Source of the DNA: the human T2T-CHM13v2.0 reference genome, Homo sapiens
Direction of reading: 5' to 3'
DNA: 64,000 nt
NCBI GenBank assembly: GCA_009914755.4
Contig: CP068257.2
Span: forward strand, 34,560,001-34,624,000
Positions within the stretch are counted from its first letter, which is position 1. Each line of letters begins with the position of its first letter. A program made the translations under genes and the position numbers. Of the stretch, positions 59,310 through 64,000 are shown piece by piece. The notes beneath the pieces were generated by a model, which was given only the letters and a program-made list of their open reading frames with translations, was not told the origin of the DNA and did not search any database.

Positions 59310-59658
59310 TTGGTGGGTTTTTCCTTTTTTTCTTTTTTCTTTTTCTTTTTCTTTTTTTTTTTTTTTTTGAGACAGAGTCTCACTCTATTGCCCAGGCTGG
59401 AGTGTAGTTGCATGATCTCAGGATCTCAGCTCACTGCAACCTCCGCCTCCTGGATTCAAGTGATTCTCCTGCCTCACCCTCCCAAGTAGCTGGGATTACA
59501 GGTGCCCGCCGCCACACCTGGCTAATTTTTGTATTTTTAGTAGAGTTGGGGTTTTGCCATGTTGACCAGGCTGGCCTTGAACTCCTGACCTCAGGTGATC
59601 TGCCCCACTTCGACCTCCCAAAGTGCTGGGATTACAGGCATGAGCCACCGCTCCCAGC
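59310..59658 (-). mobile_element. Alu SINE (antisense) with a long T/C-rich interrupted head; ends about 175 bp upstream of the exon
   Basis: ttttcctttttttcttttttctttttctttttcttttttttttttttttgagacagagtctcactctattgcccaggctggagtgtagttgcatgatctcaggatctcagctcactgcaacc...gcatgagccaccgctcccagcc. Confidence 0.9.
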
Positions 59659-59835
59659 CTTTGGTAGGTTTCTTGCTTTATTTGTTGGTGATTTGTCTCT
59701 GAGCATGGAGGATTCTCACATGGCAAGTATAGGTGAGATCCAGTATGTCGGGGCTGGGACTGACTGAGTGAGGATGTGAGCGGATGTTGCCTGTGTTGAC
59801 CTGGTCCCCCACCGCCTGCCTTTTCCTTGTCCCAG

Positions 59836-59988
59836 AGGGTGGCTCGTGTGCTTTGGAATCAGCTGAACAAAGAGACCCGGGAGCATCACGTCACCTGCGT
59901 AGAATTGTTCTACCGGCTGCACTGCCTGGCCCCTACGGCCAACATCTGCGAGGACATCATCTGCCATGCCCTCCTGGACCCTGACAAG
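59836..59988 (+). CDS. DOP1B: DOP1B-like coding exon (153 nt); phase 0 to 0
   Basis: Acceptor cgcctgccttttccttgtcccag|a, donor ccctgacaag|gtgagcc. Translation [51 protein letters not shown]. Confidence 0.88.
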
Positions 59989-60325
59989 GTGAGCCTTTCT
60001 GGCCGCCACCTCCATCCTGCAGCACCCCGGCCCCTGCTGTACGTGCCCTTAGCCAACTGACATCCATTCGGTCGAAGTCTTTCTGGGGCTGAGTGGACAT
60101 CGTGATTAATAAAATAAGCAGAGGTGTTCTAGGATTTCAGTACTGGAAGGCCACTAGAAGCATGAGCCATTCTTTTTACAGCCCTGGAAATGTGGTTTGT
60201 GACCATATTGAGGCTCACCAGGGAAACCTACCCAAACTTGCTGGAAGGACTTGCAGGGCTTCTGCAGGTGTTGGCAAAATAGGCAGTTGTAGGGAATTTA
60301 TTGTCCCTTTAAGAACTTATTGAAG

Positions 60326-60805
<480 letters not shown>

Positions 60806-61174
60806 TTATCGTCCTGGGTCTCCTTTGCAGTCTGTTGTGTCTCCTCGTTCTTTAAGACACTTGGGCCTGACACTTGCAAGGAAGCCATGCTCCTTTGTGT
60901 TTTCCTTTGGCTGCAGACCACAGGGGTGACCCTGGACTCTAATACTGAGTTCTGAATGTGCCGCTGTGTTAAAGTGAACAATCAGAGAGAGAGGATGCAG
61001 GTTCTCCTTTTCCTTCTGGCCGAATCAGTCAAAGGAGAATGCAGCGTCTTTGCTGTGGTTGCTGTCAGTTCTGCTGAAGTCTTTGATCTATTGTTTAAAT
61101 GGGGTTTATGGTGACTGAAGACAGTGGTCAGTTACAAAACCAAGTTCCTCACTCCCATGTATCTCCTCATCAAG

Positions 61175-61275
61175 GGAACAAGGCTGGAAGCTCTGTTTAG
61201 ATTTTCCGTGATCTGGCATCTGACAAGAGAGATCCAAGGCAGTCGAGTAACATCTCACAATCGCTCCTTTGATAG
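61175..61275 (+). CDS. DOP1B: DOP1B-like small coding exon (101 nt); phase 0 to 2; not evident from the ORF track
   Basis: Inferred first because the flanking exons are out of phase (previous ends phase 0, next needs 2 nt). Acceptor cactcccatgtatctcctcatcaag|g, donor ctcctttgatag|gtgaggc. Translation [33 protein letters not shown](R); restores the frame exactly. Confidence 0.75.
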
Positions 61276-61396
61276 GTGAGGCGGCCTTCGTTATGATCTA
61301 CCGTTAACTCACGAGGAAACTCCACAGAGGTGCCTGCCCAACGTGTGGGGCTGGGGAGGGAGAGGAGCGTGCAGTTGAAAACATGAACCCATATGA

Positions 61397-61690
<294 letters not shown>

Positions 61691-62338
61691 CTGACCCCTG
61701 CACATGACCCCTCCGAGCACAGCCAGTGGTTCCCATAAACCCCTAAGTGAATTTAGGCCAGACACATGTGAACACATGTTAGGAATTTTCTTAATTTGGT
61801 TGGGATGTGAGGAATCCTGGCATGCCCCGGGATCACCTGTGCAGCTTTTACGGCATGCCCCTATGAGGGGACTTTGCAGGGAGGTCAGATGGCCTAGACC
61901 TCCCCTGGAGCAGTGACCATACTTGGTGTGTGTGCTTGTCCCATCACTGTCTCATGCTTAAGAGGTGAACTTGATTGCAGCCCATTGTATTCCACATTGT
62001 TTTTCCCGAGTGCCTCTGAAACTCTAGGTGTGAGGCCAGGCACTCGGCCTTAGAGACACCAGCTGATTCTGATGCCTGAGGCCCAGGCCCAGACTCAGAT
62101 ATATAACCCATTTGGGGTGAGGCCTGAGCATTGGGATTTTAAATGCTCCCACTGGTGATTCCAACGCGAAACCAAAGTTGAGTCCCCATTGTGCTCATCT
62201 ACTTGGGTCTGGAAGTCCAGCTTGGGTGGAGGTCCTAGGGTACCTGTGTTGGGTGACGCCCTATGCCCAGTGTCTGCCACGGTGCCTGGCGCACAGGGGT
62301 GGCTGCGAGTGAACTCACTGGTGTGTTTCCCACTGCAG

Positions 62339-62529
62339 GTCCTTGTTTGTCGTGCTGGACAGCCTGGCCTGCACGGATGGTGCCATCGGTGCGGCAGCCC
62401 AGGGCTGGCTGGTGCGTGCGCTCTCCCTCGGGGACGTGGCTCGCATCCTCGAACCCGTGCTCCTGCTGCTGCTGCAGCCAAAAACCCAGAGAACCTCCAT
62501 CCACTGCCTCAAGCAGGAGAACTCGGCCG
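62339..62529 (+). CDS. DOP1B: DOP1B-like coding exon (191 nt); phase 2 to 1; the gene continues beyond the window
   Basis: Acceptor ggtgtgtttcccactgcag|g, donor gagaactcggccg|gtgagca. Translation (R)[63 protein letters not shown](G). The alternative-frame ORF text ([25 protein letters not shown]...) is an artefact of this GC-rich exon. Confidence 0.85.
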
Positions 62530-62772
62530 GTGAGCAGCCTGCACAGGACCCGAGGGTGAGGGAGGAATGGGTGGGGGGACTGGACCTCAGCAGTGATAGC
62601 TGAGAGACTGAGGCCCACTAGGGGGTTTTGTTAGATGCAAATGGTACTTTGTAAATTGTGAGGACTTCGGCAATTTAAGGACCTAGTGATCTAGCATTTA
62701 GAACTATTAGGGAGTGGGTTTGCTGTTTTCACTGAAAAACCAGATTGTTTTGTTATTAAAAAAGGAAAGTTG

Positions 62773-63097
<325 letters not shown>

Positions 63098-63588
63098 TCA
63101 ACTACAAGGTAAGTGGTTTATTTTCTATCTGTGCTCTAAGATTCTTTTAGACTATAAAATCTTGTTAATCAGATTATCAGAAATGAAGAAGAAATAAACC
63201 TTTCAGTTCAGAGAACTTCCAGAGGCATCTTTAACACAAACATAAAAGAATATAGGTAGAAATTAGGAAAGAAAAGAAAAACTAAATAAGCCTGATGAGT
63301 CAATTAAACTTCAGTGATTAATATCTAATGCATTTTATGAACTAACATTACTTCCTACAATAGCTGTATTTAATGACTTCACAATTTTCTAAGGGATGGT
63401 TTGCAAACTTTGAGTGAGTTTGTTTAGCTTGAGGCAGAAATTTAAAAATAATAATAAGAAGAAGTACTGCATTCATTCATTCCAAGAAAAGTAACAGACA
63501 AGGCTATAAGAAGGTTGTAGTGACCTAGTCTAAGAAGTAAAAACCAAGGCCCAGAATGTGGCAAGACAAGGGTTAAAAAGTAAAGAAG

Positions 63589-63938
<350 letters not shown>

Positions 63939-64000
63939 CTAACGCTGTTCGAGAAGTTGAAACCAAAGGAATAAGCTCCAGACACCCCCCTCTCCAGATC

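Noticed and set aside
59989-60062. Read-through of the donor after the exon ending at 59988 would add [23 protein letters not shown] (a retained-intron C-terminus). A GTACGT donor-like motif at about 60040 could also supply phase 2.
   Set aside because: The gtgagc donor at 59989 is strong and the downstream exon chain is well supported. There is no evidence for the alternative beyond motif presence. It is mentioned only as a possible minor isoform.
60147-60276. Candidate 86-nt exon (…ctttttacag|CCCTGGAAATGTGG…CTTCTGCAG|gtgttgg) whose length is 2 mod 3 and which could have fixed the phase gap between 59988 and 62339.
   Set aside because: It contains an in-frame stop (ccc tgg aaa tgt ggt ttg tga) in the required phase. 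The 101-nt exon at 61175-61275 solves the phase problem with a clean Dopey-like translation instead.
62189-62618. Three overlapping ORFs (114, 98 and 127 aa) around 62190-62620, including Pro/Arg/Ala-rich text.
   Set aside because: All overlap the GC-rich exon at 62339-62529 in the wrong frame or strand. Only the frame giving [63 protein letters not shown] joins the neighbouring exons in phase.

Overview
This is human (primate) genomic DNA, not a prokaryotic locus. The window is saturated with Alu SINEs: about 85 copies or fragments, roughly 35-40% of the 64 kb. It also holds two L1 fragments, ERVL-MaLR LTR remnants, MIR/MER-type ancient repeats and several microsatellites.

On the + strand I could assemble 16 consecutive protein-coding exons (21940-62529). 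They have canonical AG/GT splice sites and a fully phase-consistent reading frame. The translation is unmistakably a Dopey-family (DOP1) protein, from the N-terminal domain ...[45 protein letters not shown]... onward. The most likely gene is DOP1B/DOPEY2 on chr21. I am confident of the family and only moderately confident of the paralog. The first identified exon begins in phase 0 at an acceptor site, so the upstream coding exon(s) with the start codon and roughly 45 aa must lie 5' of it. I could not locate them in positions 1-21939, so they may lie outside the window.

Nearly all long ORFs in the six-frame track are Alu-derived artefacts (recurring ...[10 protein letters not shown], ...[16 protein letters not shown]... 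peptides) or out-of-frame readings of real exons. I found no rRNA, tRNA, CRISPR array or prokaryote-style system. Nothing here looks like a previously undescribed biological system.

The interesting structure is repeat architecture inside the introns:
- A non-Alu ~70-bp inverted repeat flanking a (CCCCT)n tract.
- Tandem (Alu+TSD) arrays.
- Five Alu-in-Alu nested insertions.
- Tightly spaced inverted Alu pairs, some flanking small exons.

Repeat coordinates are approximate, within about 5 bp.
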